A DNA stretch of 32,000 bases from Candidatus Pacearchaeota archaeon (GTDB lineage: Archaea; Nanobdellota; Nanobdellia; Pacearchaeales; UBA284): the NCBI GenBank assembly GCA_026016245.1, contig CP061211.1:600001-632000 (forward strand). Direction: 5' to 3'. The notes under the pieces were generated by a model. That model had not been told where the DNA came from. It searched no databases and saw only the letters and a program-made list of their open reading frames with translations. The translations under genes and the position numbers were made by a program. Shown here piece by piece: positions 1-8,431 of this stretch. How positions within the stretch are numbered: the stretch's first letter is position 1; every line of letters starts with the position of its first letter.

Positions 1-72
1 AAGAGTTGCAATAGCAGTTAGAGCATAAGGTAAAATCTTTTTTGCTTTTTTCTTTATTTCATAAGTATCCAT
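1..72 (-). CDS. N-terminal fragment of an unidentified protein cut by the window edge (MDTYEIKKKAKKILPYALTAIATL...)
   Basis: Open minus-strand frame starting at the ATG at 72 and running off the left edge. Confidence 0.4.
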   Translation of the reverse strand, partial: MDTYEIKKKAKKILPYALTAIATL

Positions 73-169
73 TTTGTTTCAACACCTCATGATTATATTT
101 TTTATAAGAATAAGACCTTTTTAAATCTTTCGTTTGTAGTCACTAAGCAATGAAGACAAAATATAATAT

Positions 170-252
170 GCGGGAGACAGGATTCGAACCTGCGTAGGGA
201 CTAACCCACCAGGTCCTAAGCCTGGCCCGTTTGACCACTCCGGCACTCCCGC
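170..252 (-). tRNA. tRNA-Leu (anticodon UAG)
   Basis: Reverse complement GCGGGAGTGCCGGAGTGGTCAAACGGGCCAGGCTTAGGACCTGG...GGTTCGAATCCTGTCTCCCGC. The acceptor stem pairs (GCGGGAG/CTCCCGC), the anticodon loop is CTTAGGA, and there is a class II variable arm. Confidence 0.95.
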
Positions 253-326
253 ATACTTTTTTAATGTATTAAGGATTTTTAAAATTATCGAGAATAAACA
301 AGCTAAAATTTAGAAAATATTTGGAT

Positions 327-569
327 TTAAGATGTTGCAGGTGCTGGAGAAATATAAGTTATTGTGTTTCCTCTGATAAATGCCAGTCCAATGTTTCTTT
401 TGATCTCTCCTTTTTCTAGTTCTTTTGTATTGTCCAAAACAATATTAATGTGTATGTCAAAAGCTAGAAGTTTTCCAACAACTTGGCTACCATTTTCTAA
501 GTTTACAAGTATCTCTTTTCCTTTTGACTGATTCAATAAATCCAAAGGTCTTTCGATTCCGTTAACCAT
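327..569 (-). CDS. LSm/Sm-like small RNA-binding protein
   Basis: 80 aa with Sm1/Sm2-like motifs (LNQSKGKEILVNLENGSQVVGKLLAFDIHINIVLDN...FIRGNTITYI). Confidence 0.9.
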   Translation of the reverse strand: MVNGIERPLDLLNQSKGKEILVNLENGSQVVGKLLAFDIHINIVLDNTKELEKGEIKRNIGLAFIRGNTITYISPAPATS

Positions 570-666
570 TTTGTTATTTCGCTTTTAAAGTTTTTAAATC
601 TTTTGTTCTTCGTCGGAAAAAATTAATAAAAGAAAGTTATTTAAATATCCTACCTGTTTATTTTTC

Positions 667-1041
667 ATGACAACAAAACGGGGCAAAAAAATAAGTGGTG
701 GAAGATATAGAAAGAGAAGGAAGAGAAAGGCATATGAGGCAGTGGCAAAACCCAGGGTAGTTTTATTGGGTGAAGAAAAAAAGAAGAAGATAAGAATAAC
801 TGGTGGCAAAATAAAAATTATTTTATTAAGGACAAATAGGGTAAATGTGATGGATCCTAAGACACATAAAGCAAAGAGTGTACAGATAAAAAATGTTATT
901 GATGTTCCTAGCAACAAGTTCCTTGCAAGAAAAAATATTTTGATGAAAGGGGCAGTGATAGATACAGAGGCAGGGAAAGCAAAAATAACAAACAGGCCAG
1001 GTCAGGAAGGTTGTGTGCAAGCTGTTCTTTTAAGTGATTAG
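667..1041 (+). CDS. rps8e: 30S ribosomal protein S8e
   Basis: 124 aa, N-terminus KRGKKISGGRYRKRRKRKAYE and C-terminal ITNRPGQEGCVQAVLL, typical of S8e. Confidence 0.93.
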   Translation: MTTKRGKKISGGRYRKRRKRKAYEAVAKPRVVLLGEEKKKKIRITGGKIKIILLRTNRVNVMDPKTHKAKSVQIKNVIDVPSNKFLARKNILMKGAVIDTEAGKAKITNRPGQEGCVQAVLLSD

Positions 1042-1129
1042 AAAGTTTTAAAAAGCTGAATAGTAAGATTTATAAAGTTTTTTTCTTTTTATTTATAAAG
1101 CTTTTGTTATTATTTTAAGTGACAAAAAA

Positions 1130-2074
1130 ATGCCAACTCGATATATTAAAAAATGCCCAGAATGTGGTTCTGTTAATTTGATTTATGATGAACAAAAAGG
1201 TGAATTGATTTGTAGTAAATGCGGATTAGTTATTGAAGAGAAAATGATTGACCTTGGTCAGGAATGGAGGCAGTTTGAAGAAGGGGGGAAGAAAGGTAGA
1301 GGAGGAGCTCCTTTAAGTTTGCAGAAATTTGATCAAGGACTTACAACTAATGTTGGCGAGGTGAGTGATATTTATCAGCTTGGTTCTGAAAAAAGAATAA
1401 GGAAATTTTTCAGATTAAAGAAGTGGCAGGAGAGAGTAAGTACGAGCATTGAGAGGAATTTAAGATTAGCCATGGCTGAATTAAGAAGAGTGGCCTCATT
1501 TTTGAGCTTGCCAAATTTTGTTAAAGAGGAGGCTTCTAGAATTTACAATATTGTTTTACAAAGAGGACTTGTTAGAGGCAGGAGTATGGAGAGTGTGGTT
1601 TCTGCTTGTATTTATGCTGCTTGCCGTTCTTACAATATACCAAGAACATTGGATGAAATTTCAGCGGCAAGTGATGTTGAGAGGAAGGAGATTGGCAGGA
1701 CTTATAGATTTATTACAAGAAAACTCAAATTGAAGATAATCCCTAGTAATCCTAAAGACTATATCTCAAGATTTGCTAGCATTCTTCATTTATCGCCTAA
1801 AACCCAGAATGATTCCCTGAAAATTCTAAAGAAAGCTGAAGCTTCTGAGCTTACAAGTGGGAGAGGCCCAGCAGGAATCGCAGCTGCTGCATTATATGTT
1901 TCTGCTTTGTTAAATGATGAAAAGAAAACACAAAGAGAGGTGGCTGATGTTGCTGGCATTACAGAAGTTACAATTAGGAATCGTTACAAAGAGCTGCTTG
2001 AGAAGTTAGGAATGGAAGAGAAACTGAAGATAAAGGAAGCAGAATCTAGAGAAAAGAAAAAGAAAGGCAAATAA
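1130..2074 (+). CDS. tfb: Transcription initiation factor B (TFB/TFIIB)
   Basis: 314 aa: N-terminal zinc ribbon CPECGSVNLIYDEQKGELICSKCGLVIEE, followed by two cyclin-like repeats. Confidence 0.97.
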   Translation: MPTRYIKKCPECGSVNLIYDEQKGELICSKCGLVIEEKMIDLGQEWRQFEEGGKKGRGGAPLSLQKFDQGLTTNVGEVSDIYQLGSEKRIRKFFRLKKWQERVSTSIERNLRLAMAELRRVASFLSLPNFVKEEASRIYNIVLQRGLVRGRSMESVVSACIYAACRSYNIPRTLDEISAASDVERKEIGRTYRFITRKLKLKIIPSNPKDYISRFASILHLSPKTQNDSLKILKKAEASELTSGRGPAGIAAAALYVSALLNDEKKTQREVADVAGITEVTIRNRYKELLEKLGMEEKLKIKEAESREKKKKGK

Positions 2075-2083
2075 TACAAACAA

Positions 2084-2983
2084 TCAAAGTTTAATTCTCA
2101 TAAAATCTTCTGCAAGTTCACTTTTCTTGAATACTTTTTTTGCTTCATTAAGGACAGGTCTTGGATCTTTAGCATATCTCTGAGAAAGATGTATTAGTAT
2201 CAGTCTTTTTGACCTTGCTTTTTTTGCTATTGTTGCTGCTTGTTTTGCTGTTAGATGCCCTCGTTCCTTTGCTTTATCCAAATGCATTGATTCGAGAAAT
2301 GTTGACTCACTGACAAGAAGATCAGTGTCTTTAGCGACTTTTATACAATTTTTATTAAATAGAGTATCAACTATGAAAGCTATCTTTCTTCCTTTTTTGA
2401 TTTTTGTAGCGTCTCTTGCCCTAATTCTTCTGCCTTTGAATGTTATGCTCTTTCCTTGCTGAAGTTTTCCTAGAAGAGGGCCAGGTCTCATCCCAAGTTT
2501 TTTTATGAAATTAATATCTATTCTTCTTTTGTCTTTCTCGATAAATCTGTAGGCAAGGCAAGGAATGAAATGTTTCATCTTATATGCTTCTATGTAAAAA
2601 TCTTTAGCATCTATTATTTTTCCATCTCTGTTTATTTCATGTACTTCTGTTTTTATCCTCTGCTTAAAAATAAAAATTTTAAGTAGTAGGTCCATAAATC
2701 TTTTTGTTCCTTTTGGCCCATAAATCTTTAGAGTCTTGCTGTAATTATTAAGGGTAAATGTCTGAAGCAAACCAGGAAGGCCGAGAATATGATCTCCATG
2801 CCAATGACTAATTAAAATTCTTGTTATGCTCATCGGGCTTATCCTGGCTATCTTGAACTGCCTTTGTGTTCCCTCTCCGCAATCTATTAGGATATTTTCA
2901 TTCTTGTATTTTAGAAGCATGGCTAACTGACTCCTTTTTGCTGTCGGAGTTGCCTCACTTGTTCCTAAAAATATAACTTCCAT
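2084..2983 (-). CDS. rnz: Ribonuclease Z (tRNA 3' processing endonuclease)
   Basis: 299 aa metallo-beta-lactamase fold: HWHGDHILGLPGLLQT, AFIVDT, HLTAKQAATIAKKA, LIHLSQRY. Confidence 0.95.
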   Translation of the reverse strand: MEVIFLGTSEATPTAKRSQLAMLLKYKNENILIDCGEGTQRQFKIARISPMSITRILISHWHGDHILGLPGLLQTFTLNNYSKTLKIYGPKGTKRFMDLLLKIFIFKQRIKTEVHEINRDGKIIDAKDFYIEAYKMKHFIPCLAYRFIEKDKRRIDINFIKKLGMRPGPLLGKLQQGKSITFKGRRIRARDATKIKKGRKIAFIVDTLFNKNCIKVAKDTDLLVSESTFLESMHLDKAKERGHLTAKQAATIAKKARSKRLILIHLSQRYAKDPRPVLNEAKKVFKKSELAEDFMRIKL

Positions 2984-3079
2984 GCTAGAAAGAGCTTTTT
3001 AAGATTTTTAATTGTTTTTGTTGATGATAATAATGAGGGAGTTAATAAAGTTTAAAAAGAAAAACATGTTCTAAAGGAT

Positions 3080-3703
3080 ATGCCTATTAAGAAAAAGGAG
3101 AAGATAAAAAAGATAAGAAGGAAGACAACAAAAAAGAAAACACCAAAGAAGACAATAAAGAAAACAAAAAAGAAAAAAGGAAATTCTAAAGTCTTTAAAG
3201 CTTTGGTTATTGGAAGAAGGGTTGTTAGTGAAGACAAGAAAGCTCTAGATTTATATGGAAAGAGTTATTTTGGCCAGGTTACTGGAGGTAAGGTTTATTA
3301 TTCTTTTGTAGAAGCTGCTTATTTGATTGATAAAGGAAAGATTAATATTTATGAGGGGAGGAAAAAATTAAATTTTGATAAGTTTGTTAACAAAGCCAGA
3401 AGCCTTGAAAAAAACTTCTGGACCAGATTTTCTGTTTTTAGAGATATTCGTAATAGAGGTTATATTATAAGGACTGCTCTGAAGTTTGGAGCAGATTTCC
3501 GGATTTATGACCGGGGGGTTAAGCCTGGAAAAGAGCATGCAAGATGGATTTTATTTCCAGTTTATGAATCCTCTAGTTTAACATGGCATGAATTTACTGC
3601 CAAGAGTAGAGTCGCTCATAGTACGAGAAAAAAATTACTTATAGGGATTGTTGATGAAGAGGGTGATGTGACTTATTATGAAGTAAATTGGGTAAAGCCT
3701 TGA
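3080..3703 (+). CDS. endA: tRNA-splicing endonuclease (EndA family) with lysine-rich N-terminal extension
   Basis: 207 aa. The C-terminal domain FGADFRIYDRGVKPGKEHARWILFPV...SRVAHSTRKKLLIGIVDEEGDVTYYEVNW has the expected Tyr/His/Lys positions. Confidence 0.9.
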   Translation: MPIKKKEKIKKIRRKTTKKKTPKKTIKKTKKKKGNSKVFKALVIGRRVVSEDKKALDLYGKSYFGQVTGGKVYYSFVEAAYLIDKGKINIYEGRKKLNFDKFVNKARSLEKNFWTRFSVFRDIRNRGYIIRTALKFGADFRIYDRGVKPGKEHARWILFPVYESSSLTWHEFTAKSRVAHSTRKKLLIGIVDEEGDVTYYEVNWVKP

Positions 3704-3710
3704 TTCTGAT

Positions 3711-4607
3711 ATGGAAGGAAAAAATACCTTGAATAATTTAAAAGAAAAGAAAAAAGTTATTCTAGGAATTATAGAAAATAAAGGCCCTTCTTTGCCTAGT
3801 GCGATTTCTAGAAAGATAGGGGTTTCTTTATTATTAACTTCTGCTTTGCTGAGTGATATGAGGGCTGATAAGAGTTTGAGATTAAGCAGGCTAAAGATTG
3901 GTGGTTCGCCTCTTTATTATATACAGGGACAAGAAGGACAGCTTGAGAATTTTATAAAGCATTTGCAGCCTAAAGAAAGAGGGGCTTTTGAGCTGCTTAA
4001 GAAAAAACAAGTTATTGATGAGGAAAAAGTTGAACCAGCTTATAGGGTGGCTTTTAGTAATATGAAAGATTTTGCTTTTCCTTTATATGTCAAGATTAAT
4101 AATTCTGAAAAAATATTCTGGCGTTTCCATTCTATAAGTCAGGAAGATGCCTCAAAGAGAATATCAGAGCTGCTAAAGGAAAAACACAAACCAAAACCAC
4201 CAAAAATAGAAAAGGAAAAAGAAAAAATAGAGAAAAAACCAACAGAAGAAAAGAAGGAAGAAAAGACTGAAATACAAAAAATAAAGAAAAGAATTAGGGG
4301 AAGCAAGGAAGAATTTAGAAAGAAGGTTTTTTCTTGGTTGGATGCAAAAGACCTTCATATTATAGAGGAACTTGATGCTGAAGATGCTTTTTGCACAGTT
4401 TCTACAAAATCAGAGATTGGCTATCTCAATTTTCTGGTTGTGGCAAAAAAGAAAAAAATAATCAATGAGGCTGATCTGAGTTTAGCATATCAAAAAGGCC
4501 AGCAAGCTAAGATGCTTGTTCTATTCTTGACTACAGGGAAGCTTACCAAAAAAGCGCAATCTTATATAGGGAATTTGGGCAAGTTTATTATCGTAAATTC
4601 TTTATGA
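3711..4607 (+). CDS. Conserved hypothetical protein with N-terminal winged-helix-like region and charged linker
   Basis: 298 aa ORF directly downstream of endA. The N-terminus resembles wHTH (ILGIIENKGPSLPSAISRKIGVSLLLTSALLSDMRADKSLRLSRLKIGGSPLYYIQG), followed by a Lys/Glu-rich central linker. Confidence 0.7.
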   Translation: MEGKNTLNNLKEKKKVILGIIENKGPSLPSAISRKIGVSLLLTSALLSDMRADKSLRLSRLKIGGSPLYYIQGQEGQLENFIKHLQPKERGAFELLKKKQVIDEEKVEPAYRVAFSNMKDFAFPLYVKINNSEKIFWRFHSISQEDASKRISELLKEKHKPKPPKIEKEKEKIEKKPTEEKKEEKTEIQKIKKRIRGSKEEFRKKVFSWLDAKDLHIIEELDAEDAFCTVSTKSEIGYLNFLVVAKKKKIINEADLSLAYQKGQQAKMLVLFLTTGKLTKKAQSYIGNLGKFIIVNSL

Positions 4608-4613
4608 TTCTTT

Positions 4614-4727
4614 ATGAAAAATTTAAAATTATTAAATGATGTGAGGGAAAGCTTAATGGATGTAGGAGTAAAATGTTCTAGAATTACTAAAAATAATTCT
4701 ATTTATATTACTAAAAAAAAGAGATAG
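4614..4727 (+). CDS. Possible 37-aa small ORF (MKNLKLLNDVRESLMDVGVKCSRITKNNSIYITKKKR)
   Basis: ATG at 4614 to TAG at 4725-4727, immediately after the preceding CDS. Length alone gives weak support. Confidence 0.25.
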   Translation: MKNLKLLNDVRESLMDVGVKCSRITKNNSIYITKKKR

Positions 4728-4762
4728 AAAACTTTTTTAAATTGGTTGGATTTAAGAATGAT

Positions 4763-4789
4763 AAGCATCTTAATTCTATTAAGATGCTT
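4763..4789 (+). repeat. Perfect 11-bp inverted repeat (AAGCATCTTAA-TTCTA-TTAAGATGCTT) in the tRNA-Gln 5' leader
   Basis: Direct reading; it ends 6 nt before tRNA position 1. Confidence 0.9.
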
Positions 4790-4795
4790 GAGAAT

Positions 4796-4904
4796 AGCCC
4801 GGTAGTGTAGTGGTCAAATTCTCTAAATAAAAATTTTATTTATAGAAGACTAAGCATCCAAGGCTTTGGACCTTGAGACCCAGGTTCGAATCCTGGCCGG
4901 GCTA
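4796..4904 (+). tRNA. tRNA-Gln (anticodon UUG) containing a ~36-nt insertion (putative intron) in the D loop
   Basis: AGCCCGG/CCGGGCT acceptor, CCAGG-TTCGAAT-CCTGG T arm, CAAGG-CTTTGGA-CCTTG anticodon arm. Removing 4818-4853 (or 4816-4851) leaves a canonical 73-nt tRNA with D arm GTGT-AGTGGTCAA-GCAT. Confidence 0.93.
4818..4853 (+). other. Putative intron/insertion within the tRNA-Gln D loop
   Basis: ATTCTCTAAATAAAAATTTTATTTATAGAAGACTAA interrupts an otherwise canonical D loop and contains the inverted repeat TAAATAAAA/TTTTATTTA. Boundaries are ambiguous by 2 nt (AA repeated at both ends). Confidence 0.85.
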
Positions 4905-4946
4905 TACTATATAAAAGTTTAAAAATAAAACAAGAATTAGAATAAG

Positions 4947-5348
4947 ATGGCAACACTTTACGGAAAAGGCAGGGGCAAGGCAGGAAGTCATGCTCCTAAA
5001 GCTGAAAAACCTTATTGGTTTAGCATGAAGCCTGAAGAAGTTGAGAAACTTATTGTTGATTTGGCTAAGAAAGGAACAAATCCTGTTAAAATAGGCCTCA
5101 TTCTTAGAGACAATTATAGTGTTCCTAGTGTGAAAACTGTAACTGGAAAGAAAATTAAGAAAATTCTTGAGGAGAAAGGGATTGAGGTAGAGCCATATGA
5201 AATTATAGCCTTAGAAAAAAGAGTCAGGGAATTAAAGAGACATCTAGCAAAGAATAAGAAAGACATGAGAGCTAAGAGAGGATTACAATTGAGTGAAGCG
5301 AAAATAAGAAGACTCAAGAAATATAAGAAAAAAGAGAAAAAAACATAG
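4947..5348 (+). CDS. rps15: 30S ribosomal protein S15
   Basis: 133 aa; MATLYGKGRGKAGSHAPKAEKPYWF and GLILRDNYSVPSVKTVTGKKIKKIL are typical of archaeal S15p/S13e. Confidence 0.95.
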   Translation: MATLYGKGRGKAGSHAPKAEKPYWFSMKPEEVEKLIVDLAKKGTNPVKIGLILRDNYSVPSVKTVTGKKIKKILEEKGIEVEPYEIIALEKRVRELKRHLAKNKKDMRAKRGLQLSEAKIRRLKKYKKKEKKT

Positions 5349-5390
5349 CTTAGCAATACTCTGGCTGGGGGCTGAGCTAATTATTAGATT

Positions 5391-6791
5391 TTGAAGATGA
5401 ATTTAGTTAGTAGTATTGAAAAAAACATAAAAAGAGCTTCTGAGAAATTCAAAAAGATTTTTCCTAAAGAAGGCATTATTAGAATTGTGACCCATCTTGA
5501 TACAGATGGTTTGACTTCTGCTGCTATTTTAACTATGGTATTGATTAAAAATGGCCAGGAGTTTTGGATTACTATAGTAAAGCAGCTTGAGGAATCTATT
5601 TTTGAAAATTTGAAGCAGGAGGCATCAAAACAAAAATGGAAGGCTTTATTATTTTTGGATCTTGGTTCAGGTAATTTAGGGGAGATTAAAAAAATAACTA
5701 AAGAACCTATTTTTATAATAGACCATCACGAGATTGAGGCTTCTTTTGAGAGTTATATTGAAGAGGAGAATTTTTATTTCATTAATCCTTTGAGTGAAAA
5801 AATAAGTGCTGCTGGCTTATGTTATTTATTTGCTAAAGGTCTTGGCAGCGAGAAGAAACTTGCGCAATTTGCTGTTCTTGGGATGATAGGAGATATCCTT
5901 GACAAATCAATTGGTAAATTAAATAATCTCATATTGAACGATGCTAAAGATAGTGGAATGAAGGTTAAAAGAGGGCTTACAGTTTTTTCAGCAATGAGAC
6001 CTTTACATAAGGCACTTGAATTCAGTTCTAGTGTTTACATACCTGGTGTGACAGGAAATTTTAATGGTTCTCTTGGAATGCTGAGAGAGATAGGTATTAA
6101 CGCTAAAAAAGCAAGAAGGTGGAGGACTTTAATGGACTTGAATGACGAAGAGGTTTCAAGACTTATTACTGCCATACTTGTAAGGAGAGTTAATGATGGA
6201 AGAGGGCAGGATATTATTGACAATATTTATTTGATAAAAATAGCAAATCAGATATGGGATGCCAGAGAAGTTAGTACTATGCTGAATGCTTGTGGTAGAT
6301 TAAATTATGGTGGTTTAGCTTTATCTTTCCTTCTTGGTTCCAGAGAGGCTAGAGAGGAGGTAGAGAATGTTTACAGCCAGTACAAGCATCTCATTATTAA
6401 AGCCCTGAATTGGATAGAGGGGGCGAAAAAAATTCAAGGAAGTAATTATATTATTGTTAATGCAAGATCAAACATAAAAGACACGATTATAGGGACTGCC
6501 ATGTCTATTCTTTCATCTTCTTTTATTTATTCTAAAGGAACTATCTTAATTGGAATGGCATACAGACCTGACAGCAAGATTAAGATTTCTGCGAGAATTG
6601 TTAGGGATGGTGAAAAAAAATGTGATGTTAATCTAAACAAAATTTTGAGTCCTGTTATTAAAGCCATTGGAGGAGAAGTTGGAGGACATCCAAGGGCTGC
6701 AGGCGCCCTTATTTCTCAAGATAAGGAAAAGGTTTTTCTTGAATTAATAGAAAAAGAAATGAATGCTCATGAACTGAGCATTAAGATTTAA
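5391..6791 (+). CDS. DHH-family phosphoesterase, archaeal RecJ-like exonuclease
   Basis: 466 aa: HLDTDGLTSAAIL, LFLDLGSG, IIDHHE, and a DHHA1-like C-terminus (IGGEVGGHPRAAGALI). Confidence 0.88.
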   Translation: MKMNLVSSIEKNIKRASEKFKKIFPKEGIIRIVTHLDTDGLTSAAILTMVLIKNGQEFWITIVKQLEESIFENLKQEASKQKWKALLFLDLGSGNLGEIKKITKEPIFIIDHHEIEASFESYIEEENFYFINPLSEKISAAGLCYLFAKGLGSEKKLAQFAVLGMIGDILDKSIGKLNNLILNDAKDSGMKVKRGLTVFSAMRPLHKALEFSSSVYIPGVTGNFNGSLGMLREIGINAKKARRWRTLMDLNDEEVSRLITAILVRRVNDGRGQDIIDNIYLIKIANQIWDAREVSTMLNACGRLNYGGLALSFLLGSREAREEVENVYSQYKHLIIKALNWIEGAKKIQGSNYIIVNARSNIKDTIIGTAMSILSSSFIYSKGTILIGMAYRPDSKIKISARIVRDGEKKCDVNLNKILSPVIKAIGGEVGGHPRAAGALISQDKEKVFLELIEKEMNAHELSIKI

Positions 6792-6809
6792 AAAGCCCTA
6801 AGACTTTTT

Positions 6810-7010
6810 TTGAAAATGAAGATAATGAAACAAATAAGGACAACAAAAAGCAAGTTTATTAGAGTGAGATGTCCAAAATGTAACTCTGAACAAGCAATAT
6901 TTGGAAAAGCTACAACAAAAGTAAAATGCTTGAAGTGTGGCCAACAACTTACAAAACCAACTGCAAGCAAAGCTAAAATAAAGGCCAAAGTTCTAGAGGT
7001 TTTTAAATAA
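6810..7010 (+). CDS. rps27e: 30S ribosomal protein S27e
   Basis: 66 aa with VRCPKCNSEQAIFGKATTKVKCLKCGQQLTKPTASKAKI; C4 zinc-finger pattern. Confidence 0.93.
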   Translation: MKMKIMKQIRTTKSKFIRVRCPKCNSEQAIFGKATTKVKCLKCGQQLTKPTASKAKIKAKVLEVFK

Positions 7011-7024
7011 AATTTAATGATAAA

Positions 7025-7666
7025 ATGATAGTTTTAGATATAGAAACAAGTGGAGTAGATTTTCTAAAGTGTGGGATTTGGCAGATAGGTGCTGTTGATT
7101 TAAAAAATCCAAAAAATCAATTTCTAGAAGAAAGCAGAATAGATAATGAAGATATAGTAACAGAAGGCTCTATGAAAGTTACAGGAAAAACAGAAGAAGA
7201 GATGAGAGACGAAAATAAGCAGATACAGAAAGAATTATTAGAGAGGTTTTTTGATTGGTGTAAAAAAGCTAAGATTAAGAATTTTATATGTCAGAATCCG
7301 CAATTTGATACAACCTTTTTAAAATTAAAAGCTTCAAAATATGGATTAGAGTATCCTTTTCATCATAGGGCTTTTGATACACATAGTATTGCATCATTAA
7401 AATATAAACAAGTCAAAGGAAAATTTCTAATTGAAGAAAGTAATGGGCAATTTTGTAGTGGATTAACTTTCACAAAAATAATTGAATTTTGTGGTGTAGA
7501 AGATAAAAGAAGATTAATGAAAGATGGAGAGATTGTTAAAGAAGGCTCTCCTCATAATGCTTTAACAGATGCTAAGCTTACAGCAGAGTGTTTTTCAAGA
7601 ATTGTTAATGGAAAAAATCTTTTAGAAGAATTTAAAAAATTTCCAATTCCTAAATATTTAAAATGA
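7025..7666 (+). CDS. DEDDh-type 3'-5' exonuclease (DnaQ-like)
   Basis: 213 aa: MIVLDIETSG (ExoI), CQNPQFDTTF (ExoII), HNALTDAKLTAE (ExoIII). Confidence 0.82.
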   Translation: MIVLDIETSGVDFLKCGIWQIGAVDLKNPKNQFLEESRIDNEDIVTEGSMKVTGKTEEEMRDENKQIQKELLERFFDWCKKAKIKNFICQNPQFDTTFLKLKASKYGLEYPFHHRAFDTHSIASLKYKQVKGKFLIEESNGQFCSGLTFTKIIEFCGVEDKRRLMKDGEIVKEGSPHNALTDAKLTAECFSRIVNGKNLLEEFKKFPIPKYLK

Positions 7667-8430
7667 ACAATAAAGAATTTCCAGAAGAAGGAGAAATTTT
7701 GTTAGGGACAGTTGAAAGAGTAGTTAGAACAAATGTTTTTGTAAAGTTGGATGATTATGGTAAAGAAGGAGTTATGTCTTTTAGTGAGGTTTCCCCAGGT
7801 AGAATTAGAAATATAAGAAAATATGTTGTTCCTGGCCAAAAAATAGTCTGTAAGGTTTTGAGGGTTGATGAGGCTAGAAATCATATTGACTTATCATTAA
7901 GAAGGGTAAGCACAAGAGAAAAGAAAGAAGTTCTTGAAATACACAAGAGGGGCAAGGATGCGCTGGCAATGATGGGTGTTATTGTGAAAGAAAAGAAAAA
8001 ACTAGATGAGCTTGTTGATAAGATAAAAGAAAAATTTGGTTTAGGAGAATTTTTAGAAGAATTAATGGCCAAGGTAGGAGAACCAAAGGAAAGTCTTTCT
8101 ATGTTAAAAAAGGTAGGTTTTAGTGATGAAGAAGCTAATAGACTCTTGAAGCTGATTTCTGAAAAAATAAAAGAGAGAAGGGTGAAAGTCAAAGAAAAAA
8201 TATCTTTGAGCAGTGAGGCTGAGGATGGAGTTGAGATAATTAAAAAAATTCTTGGCGAGGCAGAGAAGAAGGCAGAGGTTAGTTATTTAGGAGCGTCTTA
8301 TTATTCTCTTACAATAGAAGATAAGGATTATAAGGAAGCAAATAAAAAGTTAAAAAATATTCTAGATAATATAGAGAGAATGGCAAAAGAATTTAAATGT
8401 AATTTTAAACATCTAAAGGAGAAAAAGTAA
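7663..8430 (+). CDS. eif2a: Translation initiation factor aIF2 alpha subunit
   Basis: 255 aa: N-terminal S1 domain (PEEGEILLGTVERVVRTNVFVKLDDYGKEGVMSFSEVSPGRIRNIRKYV) and a C-terminal alpha/beta domain. Confidence 0.93.
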   Translation: MNNKEFPEEGEILLGTVERVVRTNVFVKLDDYGKEGVMSFSEVSPGRIRNIRKYVVPGQKIVCKVLRVDEARNHIDLSLRRVSTREKKEVLEIHKRGKDALAMMGVIVKEKKKLDELVDKIKEKFGLGEFLEELMAKVGEPKESLSMLKKVGFSDEEANRLLKLISEKIKERRVKVKEKISLSSEAEDGVEIIKKILGEAEKKAEVSYLGASYYSLTIEDKDYKEANKKLKNILDNIERMAKEFKCNFKHLKEKK

Positions 8431-8431
8431 A

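Noticed and set aside
594-917. 107-aa hydrophobic minus-strand ORF
   Set aside because: It is antisense to the well-supported S8e gene. The Phe/Leu-rich translation is a mirror of Lys-rich codons.
1518-1733. Antisense ORFs over TFB, the giant surface gene, EndA and others (e.g. 1518-1733, 15315-15791, 19259-19519, 19931-20212, 30652-30918)
   Set aside because: They lie opposite strongly supported coding regions, have low-complexity translations and show no recognisable domains.
4796-4904. Interrupted tRNA-Gln as a tRNA pseudogene
   Set aside because: All stems, the anticodon loop, the T loop and the discriminator are intact once one contiguous block is removed. An intron or processed insertion is therefore more plausible, although expression is unproven.
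5114-5356. 80-aa Phe/Ser/Leu-rich minus-strand ORF
   Set aside because: It lies opposite ribosomal protein S15 and is an artefact of AAG/AAA-rich sense codons.
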